A stretch of 64,000 nt of DNA from the human T2T-CHM13v2.0 reference genome, Homo sapiens (GCF_009914755.1 NC_060925.1); one strand, 5' to 3'. Shown: positions 27,835 through 42,036, counted from the stretch's first letter. Program-made: numbers and translations. The notes: generated by a model from the letters alone, not told the origin.

Positions 27835-28102
27835 TTTTTTTTTTTTTTTTTTTTTTGGTGAGACAAGGTCTTGTTCTGTTACCCAGGCTGGAGTGCAGTG
27901 GTGCAATCTTGGTTCACTGCAATCTCTGCTACCCTCCTACCCCCATGGCTCAAGCGTCCATCCTCCATCCTCCCACCTCAGCCTGCTAAGTAGCTGGGAC
28001 CATTTTATTGTATTTTTAGTAGAGATGGGGTCTCTGCCATGTTGCCCAGGCTAGTCTCGAAATCCTGGGCTCAAGTGATCCACCTGCATCGGCCTCCCAG
28101 AG
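27835..28102 (-). mobile_element. Alu (AluJ, truncated/rearranged)
   Basis: Reverse Alu; TSD CAAAATAATATATTTTC at about 27799-27815 and 28103-28119. Confidence 0.85.
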
Positions 28103-28404
28103 CAAAATAATATATTTTCATCTCAAACAATGTTGAAGTACATAATTAAAAGATGGGTTGTCTGTTTTGATATCCCATTTCTGTCTTAACATTCCCTGAA
28201 GGTAATCACTTTAACTCTATACTGATGCAGACAAAAGTTTTATGTGGTATGTATTATATAAATAATGTATTATGAATTATATATTTATATATGTAAATAT
28301 ATTTTGATGCAAGAAAAATCTGAAGTTAAACCTTAGCTACTATAAAATGCTGACTGTGAGTCATTCCACATATTTGGGTGAGACAAGTTTTTTTTTTTTA
28401 GTTA

Positions 28405-28435
<31 letters not shown>

Positions 28436-28454
28436 CTCAAACTGTTAACAATAT

Positions 28455-28765
28455 GGAGAAAAAGTGACATTTTTGTTGGTGTCAAATTTGGGATTTGAAC
28501 TTGTCAGAGTAAGTTCAAAGGTGTCTCACTTTGGAGAAAACACAATATAAAAATTTTGAACTTACGAAACAAATTTGTTTTGGATTGGTTAGAAGGAATC
28601 TTCACTAAAAACAAGTAGCCATATATAACCAAGGGCTCCCTTAAATTGTGAATGCCACTACTGATTTTGATTTTTACATTTTGTTAAATTTAGGCACAAC
28701 TTTACAAACACACCCCATGGTTTATGATCTGGATTTGAAGTCAGGAGACCTGAGTCTTTAGACAG
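28455..28765 (+). repeat. Old local direct duplication A, copy 1
   Basis: Collinear blocks shared with 30543-30832 (AAAGTGACATTTT; ACTTTGGAGAAAAC; AATATAAAAATT; offset about 2070-2085). Confidence 0.75.
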
Positions 28766-29295
28766 GTAACCTTTGTGTTGGGCATAAAAATAACTGGTCA
28801 ATCCTATTAATTCAGTTTTTTTAAGCATCTGTTTCAGCTAGAATTGTTCCATTAAAATAGCTAGTTAGTAAATCACAGTAGACTTGTCCAGGAAAGAAAA
28901 GGAGAAAATAAACTCGGCAAGCATAAAAACATAAATAGAAACTAAGTATCATATCTACATGGACCTTACTTAAAAAGACTTAGTGTGTGCATGGATCTTA
29001 TTATTCTGTCTTCTGACAAGAAGCAGAAAGATGAATTTGTAGGGTCCTTATGCATGCAGGGAACCACCTACTCCCACCCATCTGTTAAGGCAGCTCCATA
29101 TGTTCTACAAAATCAATGTAATCTTTTTGTTAAAATTTCTCCAATTAGGGAGATAATGTTTCTGTCCAGTTTTCCCACAAACTCCTTATAAACAGTAGAA
29201 TGTAATCTATTACAAGCTATATGCAGATTAATATTGACTAATGTGGATAATTTTTTCCCATGTACATAAGGTAATGTTAACATGAATTCCAAAAC

Positions 29296-29588
29296 TTTTT
29301 TTTTTTTTGAGATGGGCTCTCACTTTGTTAGCCAGACTGAAGTGCAGTGGTGCAATCATAGCTCACCGCAGCCTTGAGCTCCCAGATTCAAGTGATCTCT
29401 TGCTTCAGCCACCTGAGTAGTTGGGACCACAGATGCATGCCACCATGCCAGGCTGATTTTTTTCTTTTTAGTAGGGATGGGGTCTCTCTATGTTACCCAG
29501 GCTGGTGTCAAACTCCTGAGCTCGAGGGATCTTCCACTTCAGCCTCCCAAAGTGCTGGATTTACAGGCATGAGCCACCATGGCTGGCT
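29296..29588 (-). mobile_element. Alu (AluJ)
   Basis: Reverse Alu with AATCATAGCTCACCGCAGCCTTGA. Confidence 0.9.
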
Positions 29589-30542
29589 TCAAAAACCTTT
29601 AATAAGCCCCTCCTGTTTGCTAAATGATGATAATACAAGGTTGAGTAAGACATGTTTTGGGCTGAACTTTTAAAACATCTTCCATATTTAGACCGAAGCA
29701 GGTCTTTGTCATCATCTTTCTCTCTTCCTGTACTTAACAAAGCATTTTGAATAAATACATGAAATTTGATAATGATGAAGAATGTGTTTTTTTTTTAAAT
29801 AATAGAATATAGGGAAAATGTTCAATAGCTAATTTTCTTGAAGAATATTACTACCACATTTTTCTGTATTCTTTAAAGAAGAATCATTCAAATTAAATGA
29901 TGCTTGACATAAAACTTCAACAAATATTATGACATCATGAAATGAAAACAGGAATAAGATTCAAGAAAACAATCCTCAGTAGAAACATTGACCATCATTT
30001 CTCTAAAATAGCATTTTTCTGTAAGAGCTATAAATGAAACATAGAAGAATATCCTAACTTCATAATTCCTAAAATATGAAAATCATACAAAGGAAGTAAA
30101 CAATGCAAAAATAAGGACCAAAACATTTCATAAATAATAGCTGTTATGCAAAGTGAGTTACATTCCTCTGTGTATTTAATATATGACTGAATACGTGCCT
30201 TTACTGATTTGCAGCCAGCAAATGCACTGGTATCAATTTTAGTGTAGAAAGCAAATGTTACAAAAAAAAAGTTTGAGAAATTCCCTGTATCTGTGGAGGA
30301 TTAGTCATCTCTTAAATTCTGTAACCAAGAACATAAATGTTAATATATATTTGTACAAAACTATCAGTTTCTTCAAAAATGTGCAGAAATAAGTGACTTA
30401 TTAAAAAATTGGCAGGATAGGAATTTATGATTCATGTGTAAGAGACCCTCCATTCCAGCTGTTGGTAGCCATGCCTGGGCTCCGGCCTCCCTGTGTGACA
30501 CATGGTGAGCTCACCACCGTGTCTTAGCAAGAGTTTGTAAGG

Positions 30543-30832
30543 GGAGAAAGTGACATTTTCACTTGTACTAAAATTGAGATTTCATCACAGAAGTTCAGCA
30601 GTGCCTTACTTTGGAGAAAACCTAATATAAAAATTCCAAACTTATGAAATACATATTTTGGGGGTGGCTTCTCAGTCAAGGTAAATCACCAGAGCTGTCA
30701 GCATAGGCTTTTTAATATTATGTGCAGCAGCATTGATTATTAAGTATGAATTCAATATCTACACTAATTTTCATACCCACACCTTTGATTTAGGATTGGG
30801 ACATGAGGTCAGACATATGTGATTATGACAAG
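30543..30832 (+). repeat. Old local direct duplication A, copy 2
   Basis: Partner of 28455-28765. Confidence 0.75.
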
Positions 30833-32039
30833 TTGTAACAGCTGGCTGTGTGACTCTGCAGTTCACTTATAGGCCCTTTTACCCTAAAAATACAATAAGG
30901 GGAATTGGCCTGAAGACTTCTTTAATTCTAAAATTGTATGATTTGCTGATTTCTCTAAGATAACTCTCTGGTGCATTTCTGGCCTCAGACGTTCACAGTT
31001 TCCTCACATGTTCCTTCCCCCAAATGTCTGATTTTAAAAAGCAGTGGTTTTGGCTAATGCTGTAGGAACTACGCTAGTAGTGGATTTCCCACAGTTCTAG
31101 GACTATAGCTATCTTACATCTGGGTTTTTCAGGATATACCAATAAAAAATAATCGCCTAGTCTCCAAACACCAGCACAGGATCTGGGTACTGAGGTGCCC
31201 TACAGCTAAAATATACTAATGACTGTCTCTAAAATGTTAATACATAAAATTTCTTCAATTTCCTGTGTATCTCTCATACAGTGTTTTAAATTTCTAGTGC
31301 CTGTTACCACTTGTCTATTAGTGGAAAATAGCAGTGTAAACAAGTAGCAAATTAACATATGTGGGAAAACACAGACCACTGACTTTTAATTCTCTGTTTA
31401 TGCCTATAAGCTTATGGCTATAATTTTCTATTTCTACACATCCCATCATCATTTATTAATTCAACAGCTATATCTTGAACTCTTACTATCTGCCAGGCCT
31501 CATGCTGGGCTCTAGTTGCAAGTGCACAAAACTAGACAGGCTCTTTGCCTCATGGAAGCTACAGTCCCACATGGACATAAATGTCAAATAAATTATTATG
31601 CCAAATGTATTCATAACTGAAAATTGAGTTAAATGTCATGAAGTAAAAAAGGAAAAACAATATTAAGGAAGAAAATAAGTCTCCAAACCCAGAACTTGGG
31701 ATATTTGAATCTTCAAAGCAATTCATCCTTACATAGGGTGCCTCCTATAGATAATGCATGGTCTCTGAGGCAAGGCTGGGGAGTGCAGAACAGCCTGTCC
31801 TTCTTTTATATCCTCAGGTGCCCAGGTATCAACTTTTCTTTTTCCTCCTTCAGGAAAACAACAACAACAAACAGGCCCTTGTGTACATCAGGTTATGAAA
31901 AGCGATACCTAGCAGGTCCAGTGACCACCTAGAATTAGCCGTGACAGTGAGCTCCCTGTTGCACGTTGTAAATGGCAAGTGAGAAAGCATTAAGTAGATT
32001 ACTAGACATCAGGACTCACAGCTAGGCCATGGGGCCAAA

Positions 32040-33320
<1,281 letters not shown>

Positions 33321-33326
33321 ACTCTC

Positions 33327-33428
33327 TGTATCAGGGTTCTCCAGAGAAACAGAACCAGTAGGATGGATGGATGGATGGATGGATGGATGGATGGACAGAC
33401 AGATAGATGGGTAGGTGGGTAGGTAGAT

Positions 33429-33527
<99 letters not shown>

Positions 33528-33867
33528 CAGACAGAGAGCCAGCCAGATGCTTTCACATTGTCAGGGCTGGCAGGTCTGAAATTTGTAGCAAAGGCTGGCA
33601 GGCTGGAAACTTTTGGGCAGGAGCTGCAGTCATGGGGCAGAATTTATTCTCTTCCTCAGGGAAATCTTAGTTTTGCTCTTAAGCCCTTTTAACTGATTAT
33701 AGGAGGCTCATCCACATTATCCAAGATAATCTCCTTTACTTAAAGTCAACTGCTTGTAGATGTTAACCAGATCTACAAAATGCCTCCACAGCAACACCTA
33801 GATTAGTGTTTGATTGAAAACTGGGTACTATAGCCTCACCAAGTTGACACATAAAGCTAGCCAATCA
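33327..33867. mobile_element. MLT2 (ERVL) solo LTR with 5-bp TSD
   Basis: TGTATCAGGGTTCTCCAGAGAAACAGAACC...CAAGTTGACACATAAAGCTAGCCAATCA; TSD CTCTC at 33322-33326 and 33868-33872. Confidence 0.9.
33361..33535. repeat. Compound tetranucleotide STR
   Basis: (GGAT)8...(TAGA)15 TGA (TAGA)9 (CAGA)2. Confidence 0.95.
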
Positions 33868-34229
33868 CTCTCTGCTAGAAAGATTTGACTCTTTTCCATC
33901 TTTATGTAGTTGGCATATGCATCTTATTTCCTCCTATCAGTATCTTGATAAGAGCCTAGAATATTTTCCTTATTACTGTTCCCAGGGCTGGACTGAGACA
34001 CTTTTGACATGCAATAGACTTTCTGGGCTAGGGAATTGCTTTTATAAACTCCCCCTCACCTGTATTTTTCCATTCCAAAATGTTGCCAATTAGATATAAT
34101 GTTTAAGCATCAAACACTGTAAAAATGTAAACTCCACAAGTAGTAGTGATGGTTATCCTGCCATTGGGAATTCTAAGCAGGTCTTGGTAAAGAAAGGAAA
34201 AGGGAAGATGTTTGTCCAGTTCACGGTTT

Positions 34230-34252
34230 TGAGTCAGGCTCACTCTGACTCA
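34230..34252. promoter_or_regulatory. Paired AP-1 sites (candidate enhancer core)
   Basis: TGAGTCA at 34230-34236 and TGACTCA at 34246-34252, in DNA not recognised as a repeat. Confidence 0.5.
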
Positions 34253-36438
34253 CAGAAAAGTACCTCCTGTGACTCCTTTTCCTTCTAGCCTCTACTGTTT
34301 ATATCTTTGCTTTAATTTCCTCCTCTGTCTTCACCATGGATTCCTATAACTCCAAATAGTCTTGCACTCGAAGCTGATTATTTCAGAATACTTAATGTCT
34401 GAAGTTCCCCCAAATTAGCATCCAGATGTGTTATTTAGCATTCGTGAATACTGAAATTTTCCTTGCAAGAAAATAGTTCTTCTATAATGATAGAACAATG
34501 ATGCACTTTCCCTCTTATACAATAATAGGAAGAGTACACATTGTAAAATGGCAGAGGAAAACATTGTTTGAAAGAGACAGAGCCTCAATCAATTAACAGG
34601 CATGTCCTGCAAAAAGCTATGCAAAATTCCCCCCTTACCAGATAATGGGAGGGAGAGTGGAGATGGAGAAGTTCACTTACTGTAGTCAGGTGACTTCTTT
34701 AGCCATAATGACGCTAAGGTTCTTAAACATGGCAAAATCTGAGGTATTGACACATTGGAAGCAGACAAAGACTAGACATGATTTTCATTAATTCTCATCC
34801 ATATTAAATAAGTGACATCTACAATCTTTGCACAGTGAAGGGATGAGGGAGAAACTAGTGGGGTTGTCAGTCATGTGAACCACTTGCTTTGCCTCCTTCT
34901 TCTGATAATGATCTTCCACCCAACTGATTGAACACTCAGGGTTGGGAGAAGGCAGGAGTGGTGACAGGATATTATCTTCAATTTGGTCTGCTTTTCTTAT
35001 CTTTAGAAGTACCAACAGAAGGGAACAGAGGTTGAAATTAATGAGGTGGAAATGGGATTCTGAATTATCAGTGCATTTTAATCATCTCTGCTCACCCTTG
35101 CAGGTTGACTGCACTCAATTTCCTTTAGACTTCCCTAGGTAGAGAAGTCTACACTCATGAGAAAGAATAATTTCTGTCCTGGAAGCTCTATTCCCTGTAT
35201 TATTTTTAAAGGAGATTTTAAAACTTAAGGAGGCCTCAGTAGAAAAACATTTCTACATTTGTTTCTTCGAAAAAGACTTTAAAACATCATTTGCCAATAG
35301 AGAAAGGGTTTTCCCTACTGTTTTTGGAGCACATTTCTGAAAAGTCCCTCTCCGTGAATCCTCTGCATATGTCCCTCAGAGAAGACGAATGTAAGTAGCA
35401 TCATATGCCCTCGATGCACTGATTTCTTCCTTGGTTTGTCTTGTCCTGGTCAGAGAAATAGCTTCCATTCTTTTGGATTGCTTTTAAATTCTAATGTCAG
35501 AGAACTTCAGTAAAAACCAAATATGGGCCTAGGTTGACGTGCAACAGATTGAGAAGTTGAAATAACATATTGCCTGGACGCAACAGCTGTGAAAAGTCCG
35601 TCAGTTAGATTCTGCGGGTACGGTAAACAATGATAAAAGTCAGGCAGAGAGATCATAAAATTATGATTTTTTTTAAAGAAAAAAGTAAAGCCAGGAAAGA
35701 AAAGGCCTTTGTCTCTAGTTGACCAGCTAGCCCAAAGCTTCTACCAGAAATAGTGAAAACTGTAGTAACTTGAAGTTGGCTTACAGAGAGGAGACTGCCA
35801 TGTGAGTTGAGGCTTTTTAGAGGACCTGGGCTGGGCCTGGAAGGAGGTGAAGGGCTGGGTTCAAGAGAGGTGGGGAAAGAGAATTCCAAGCAGGGTGTGA
35901 AAGAAGGCATAAAAGTCAGGATGAACACAGTGGTGGTGATGGAGAACTGGGGAAGGGTCAGAAGGTTCAGGTAGGGAATGCCCTCCCCAAGGGAGGGGCT
36001 GCCTCAGAGGAGACAGCTATAAGCCTCCTCTTCTCTGAAAGAGGGGCAGGAACAGGCCTCAGCGTGCCTGGGTAGTGGCCTGCGCTGGTTCTTTCTGGCA
36101 GAAAGCCTTCATTAAGAACTTTTGAACTGTCAAGGAAATTAGTCCCCAATTCAGCTGAGTTAAAATTCAGCTCCCCCTGTCCCTCCACCTGCCCTATCCC
36201 CATTACCTAATTTCAAGATTCTGTCCTTTCACCATAAGATCTTTAAAACTGCTGAAGTGATGGGGCAGAAAAGAAAATGTGAACTGTTTTTCCTAAGCAA
36301 TTAATTTGAGCCTGCTATTTGAATAACTACTGTTCTAGTATTCTCTCAACTTGTTTTCCACTTAAATTTCAAAGCAGACTCATAGCTACTCCAGACAAGG
36401 ACCAGTTCTGGAATTCTACCTCCCTCTCTTCCTGTTTT

Positions 36439-36439
<1 letters not shown>

Positions 36440-36500
<61 letters not shown>
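36440..36500. repeat. (CT)n(CA)n microsatellite
   Basis: Read directly from the sequence. Confidence 0.95.
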
Positions 36501-36503
<3 letters not shown>

Positions 36504-38425
36504 TGGCATTACAACCTATCCCACTCACCCACGGTTTCTAGTAGGTTCTGACCTAGGATCCATTTAATATAGCACTAGCTGGTGAAGGCAATGAAGGAAA
36601 TCCTAGCATTTAACTTTCAGCTCATAAAAAACATATGTCCATGTATACAAGCTGCAAAGGAAAGCACAGAATTATCTTCTCACTTGGAAAAACTCTGCCA
36701 TTTCCCCCATGAAAAAGAAAAACATGTTGGCCCAAGAATCTTGCCATCTTCTTCCTTTTCTTCCTCTTTCTCTTCCTCTCCCCACCCTCCATTCTTCTTA
36801 TTTTTTCTTAGTTCTTGAAACCTACTAACAAGATTCCAGGTAATGTTTAAAGGTTTCCAGGTTTGTTTCTCAAGTGTTCTGAAACATTCCTTTTTGGGAT
36901 GTACATGGGTGTGCGGATCTTTATTAGATATGATCTTTGCCCAAATGCCTCAGTCCATGCTCTGTTATCATCAAGTGAAATCCAAATCTCTGCGAAGAAC
37001 TTTTTTTTTTTTTAATAACACCTGGCCTGGCACACAAAGCCTTAAGGGCTGAAAGCCATGGCAGATTCTCCAACTACAAGAATCAAACCATTCATCATCG
37101 TCTAGCCTTCACGTCTGCCAGCCAAGAAGGAACAGGAAGTTCGCTTGTGAGTTGCAGGAGTACGGAATGCGAAACTCCAAGCAGTTACTTGCTGTGGTTT
37201 TAAGTTTTTGTCTTGGAAGTTAAGAACAATGTGAACCTCTCTTCTAAATAGCATTCTAGTCAATAAATACCTACCTGGCACCTCAAGCCTTTGAAGTTGC
37301 TGCAGTCTGTACCTTAGCACAACATTTTAACACATATTAGTTTTTAAAGCAAATCTAATATGAGTACTAGTGTACAAATTGCCCATATTGCGTGGCTGAT
37401 TAGGTTGCTATTTAAGACTGAGCAGATTAAATATCCTCTCTAAAAATTCTTAGTAGGCATTTTCAGCCTTTATGTATACCTCAACAAGCTACCGCATAAC
37501 ATTTCTCATGGGTCACACTCGATTTATAGTTTACCAATTTATAGAGGGGTGTGGTGGGGTGGCAGTTTGAGAGGAAGGGTCTGGGCTTACCAGGGTTAAC
37601 AAACATGTGCATTTCGACTATACGCTTGCTGGCAATCCAATTTAATAGCTCATTTTCAAATCCTTTCTTGGAAAAGGAATTCAGATTACATAATCATGAA
37701 AAACAAACCTGTTGCCACCCAGCATGAGCCAACATGTTACAGTACTTTATGGCCTAAGGTTATTAAGCCAGCACCCAGTTTCATGAGCCAGAGAGAAGAT
37801 TGGGAACATTTAAAATCTATCAGCTTTGTTAAAGTTATGCTGCTTAGTAGAAATAACAGGCAATTCACCTTTCTTGAGTTCATAATACCTTAAGACCTTG
37901 GATTGATTAAATAGGCGCTTGTTTACTGCTAATGAGGGCTATATGATCATTAGCAACCTAGAAACCTACTGAGTAATTCTTTACATTAGCTCCTTTTAAT
38001 GGGAAGACTACCTTGGCTATTCCTAGCTATCCTCAAGATTCCCATCAACTTTGTCTTTCACTGTGAAGCTTTCTTTTACATTGCACCATGGGCTGAGTGA
38101 AGTAATGAACTCTGATCTGGTATAACTGCCCACAAACATAAATTGTCTATTATTTCAACTGAAAAATCTCTGTGTTCTAGGTTTTTAAATTTTTCATTTT
38201 GGGTGCACTTGGAGATAAGACTGTGAACTCTACTTTAATCTACATTTCCTGGTTTAAGGGCCATATACAGATATTGTCCTAAAACTCCTGCTTCAAGTTT
38301 CCAAAGGAAATCTATTAACATCAGCTGTGGGTCTAGATAGGTGGTGAGACATGAAGAGTGGTTACTTTCTTACTTTAGACAGGTAACCAAAAAAGAATGC
38401 TTTTCTGCCCGAAGCAAGACATTGA

Positions 38426-38567
38426 CCTAAATTTCTATTTTCAACACAGAAGTGAAAAAAAGAAAACAATCTGACTCATCAAATTAGGCAACAATCAACT
38501 CACCATATAACCTTTCCTGTGGTTAATATACCTTATGAACTTGCTATGAGGTATACAAATTGCCTCC
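38426..38567 (+). repeat. Old local direct duplication B, copy 1
   Basis: Exact 26-mer CCTAAATTTCTATTTTCAACACAGAA (38426-38451 = 42444-42469) plus TAACCTTTCCTGTGG(T/C)TAATA block. Confidence 0.8.
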
Positions 38568-38649
38568 ATTCTTCCAGCAGAAATCATAGTTGATTAGATG
38601 ACAAAACCTATGCAGAAGAGCAGGAGAGTAAGTACCAATAACTATCTTT

Positions 38650-38840
38650 TGTGTACTCACCATGTAGCGTGGTGCTAAGAGCTTTACACAAATTATTTCA
38701 CATAATCCTCAGAACAACCCCCTTAGCTGGATAAGGGTGAAGCGAGGTTGAGTAATTTGCCCAACACCTCACAGCTAGCAAGTTGTAGTGCTGGGACCTG
38801 TCTTTGGTTTAATGCCTACACTCTAGGCTGTGCTACTTCC
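38650..38840 (-). mobile_element. MIR SINE
   Basis: GTGCTAAGAGCTTTACAC...AATCCTCAGAACAACCC...GAGTAATTTGCCCAACACCTCACAGCTAG. Confidence 0.75.
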
Positions 38841-38956
38841 TGGTTATCAGACTACATAGGTATCTAGAAGGTAAAAAATCACTCCTCAACTGCTATGGCT
38901 AACAGGTCACCTTTACATATCCTGAATATATATTCTGTTTTATTTGACTTTCACTA

Positions 38957-39304
<348 letters not shown>

Positions 39305-39581
39305 TCATGCTAATCCGAAAAGTGTTGCTTCATTGTTTTTTAAAATATTGAAGTGTTAATGTTTTCTGGTTCTAGAATCTCAGAAGCAATTTCTCCCAGA
39401 AGGAACTATAGGGGTAATTTTATACCCCTTCTCTCTCTAGTACCAGCCAAGAGAGAAAAGCTGGGTTCCTTCAGCTGCTCCTCCTTCTCCAACTTTCAGC
39501 AAGCAAAAGAGATAGAAATATTGCCTCAGTTTATTTGTGGCTCATTTGCATTTCACCTTGTCCACTGAGCTCTAGGGTGGG

Positions 39582-41827
39582 TGATACAGTTTGGCTCTGT
39601 GTCCACACCCAAATCTCATCTTGAATTGTACTCTCGTATTTCCCACATGTTGTGGGAGGGACCTAGCGGGAGATAATTTGAATCATGGGGTGGTTTCCCC
39701 CATACTGTTCTTGTAGTGAGTAAATCTCACAAGATCTGATGGTTTTATCAGGGGTTTCTGTTTTTGCATCTTCCTCATTTTCTCTTGCTCTTGCCGCCGC
39801 CATGTAAGAAGTGCCTTTGCCTCCTGTCATGACTCTGAGGCCTCCCAGCCATATGAAACTGTAAGTCCAATTAAACCTCTTTTTTTGCCCAGTCTCGGGT
39901 ATGTCTTCATCAGCAGTGTGAAAATGGACTAATACAGTAAATTGGTACCAGGAGTGGGGTGTTGCTGAAAAGATACCCAAAAATGTGGAAGCAATTTTTG
40001 GACCTGGGTAACAGGCAGAGGTTGGAGCAGTTTGGAGGGTTCAGAAGAAGACAGGAACTTCCTAGAGATTTGTTCAATGGCTTTGACAAAAATACTGATA
40101 ATGATATGAACAATGAAATCCAGGCTGAGGTGATCTCAGATGGAGATGAGGGACTTGTTGAAAACTAAAGCAAAGGTAACTCTTGTTATGTTTTAGCAAA
40201 GAGGCTGGCAGCATTTTGCCCCTGACCTAGAGATATGCAGAACTTTGAACTTGAGAAAGATGATTTAGGGTAACTGCTGGAAGAAATTTCTAAGCAGAAA
40301 ATTATTCAAGATGTGACTTGGGTGCTGTTCAAGGCATTCAGTTTTAAAAGGGAAGCAGAGCATAAAAGTTCATAAAATTTGCAGACTGACAATGCGATAG
40401 AAAAGAAAATCTTATTTCCTGAGGAGAAATTTAAGCTAGCTGCCGATACTTGCGTAAGTAACGAGGAGGTGAATGTTAATCCCAAAGACAATGGGGAAAA
40501 TGTCTCCAGGGCATGTCTGAGACCTTTGTGGCAGCCTCTCCCATCACAGACCTAGAGGTCTAGAAGGAGAAAATGGTTTCATGGGCAGGGCCCAGGGTCC
40601 CCATGCTGTGTGCAGTCTAAGGACTTGGTGCCCTGCATCCCAGCTGCTCCAGTTGTGGCTGAAAGAGGTCAACATAGAACTCAGGCTGTGGCTTCAGAGG
40701 GTGCAAGCCCCAAGTCTTGGCAGCTTCCACATAGTGTGGAGCCTGTGGGTGCACAGAAAGTCAAGAATGGGGGTTTGGGAACCTCCATCCAGATTTCAGA
40801 AGATGTATGGAGATGCCTGGATGCCGGACAGGAGTTTGCTGCAAGGGTGGGTCTCTCATGGAGACCCTCTGCTAGGGCAGTGCAGAAGGAAAATGTGGAA
40901 TTGGAGTCCCCACACCTAGTGGAGCTGTGAGAAGAGGGCTACCATCCTCCAGACCCCAGAATGGTAGATCCACCTACAGCTTGCACTGTGTGCCTGGAAA
41001 AGCAGCAGATACTCAATGTCAGCCTGTGAAAGCAGCCGGGAAGGAGGCTGTACCCTGCAAAGCCACAGGGGCAGAGCTGCCCAGAGACCATGGGAACCCA
41101 CCTCTTGTATCAGCATGACCTGGATGTGAGACCTGGAGTCAAAGGAGATCATTTTGGAACTTTAAAATTTGACTGCCCTGCTGGATTTCAGACTTCCATG
41201 GGCACTGTACACCCTTTTGTTTTGGCTGATTTCTCCCATTTGGAATGGCTGTATTTACCCAATACCTGCACCCCCTTGTATCTAGGAAGTAACTAGCTTG
41301 CTTTTGATTTTACAGGCTCATAGGTGGAAGGGACTTGCCTTGTCTCAGATGAGACTGAACTGTGGACTTGGGTTAATGCTGAAATGAGTTAAGACTTCAG
41401 GAAACTGTTGGGAAGGTATGACTGGTTTTGAAATGTGAGGACATTTGGAGATTTGGAGGGCCAGGGGAGGAATGATATGGTTTGTTTCTGTGTCCCCACC
41501 CAAATCTTATCTTGAATTGTACTACCATAATTCCCATGTGTTGTGGGAGGGACCCAGTGGGAGATAATTTGATTCATGTGGGCAGTTTCCCCTATACTGT
41601 TTTCATGGTAGTGAATAAGTCTCACGAGATCTGATGGTTTTATCAGGGGTTTCCACTTTTGCATCTTCCTCATTTTCTCTTGTGGCAGCCATGTAAGAAG
41701 GGCCTTTCACCTCTGGCCATGATTCTGAGGCCTCCCCAGCCATGTGGAACTGTAAGTACAATTAAACCTCTTTTTCTTCCCAGTCTCTGGTATGTCTTTA
41801 TCAGCAGCATGAAAACGGACTAATACA
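39582..41827 (+). mobile_element. Full-length THE1A (MaLR): LTR 39582-39936, internal 39937-41472, LTR 41473-41827
   Basis: Two ~355-bp TG...CA LTRs in direct orientation; internal region starts GTAAATTGGTACC; purine tract before the 3' LTR; TSD GTGGG/GTGTG. Confidence 0.93.
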
Positions 41828-42036
41828 GTGTGAGGCAGAAAGAAAAATGTTTATCCACCAACTTTTTATTGCTTCTCATTTCCTGACAACTTTCTTTTAC
41901 CAAATAGCTGAAAGTGTACAGTTAGATGATTTTCAACTATTTGGGAGTTCTTTCATTCATTCACAAATTTCACATATATTTGTTGTAAACTCACTATGTG
42001 CCTGGCATCGAACTAGGTGTTCTTTCAATGCTTAGC

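Noticed and set aside
29650-30290. Possible hAT/Charlie remnant (end AAAAAAGTTTGAGAAATTCCCTG)
   Set aside because: Only one TIR-like end and no confident internal match; needs a Dfam search.
33429-33535. Resemblance of (TAGA)n TGA (TAGA)n to the forensic locus D1S1656
   Set aside because: This motif pattern is common, and the D1S1656 TAGG(TG)5 flank is absent.
40581-41296. ORFs within the THE1A internal region
   Set aside because: Fragmented frames of the non-autonomous MaLR internal sequence; no intact ORF.
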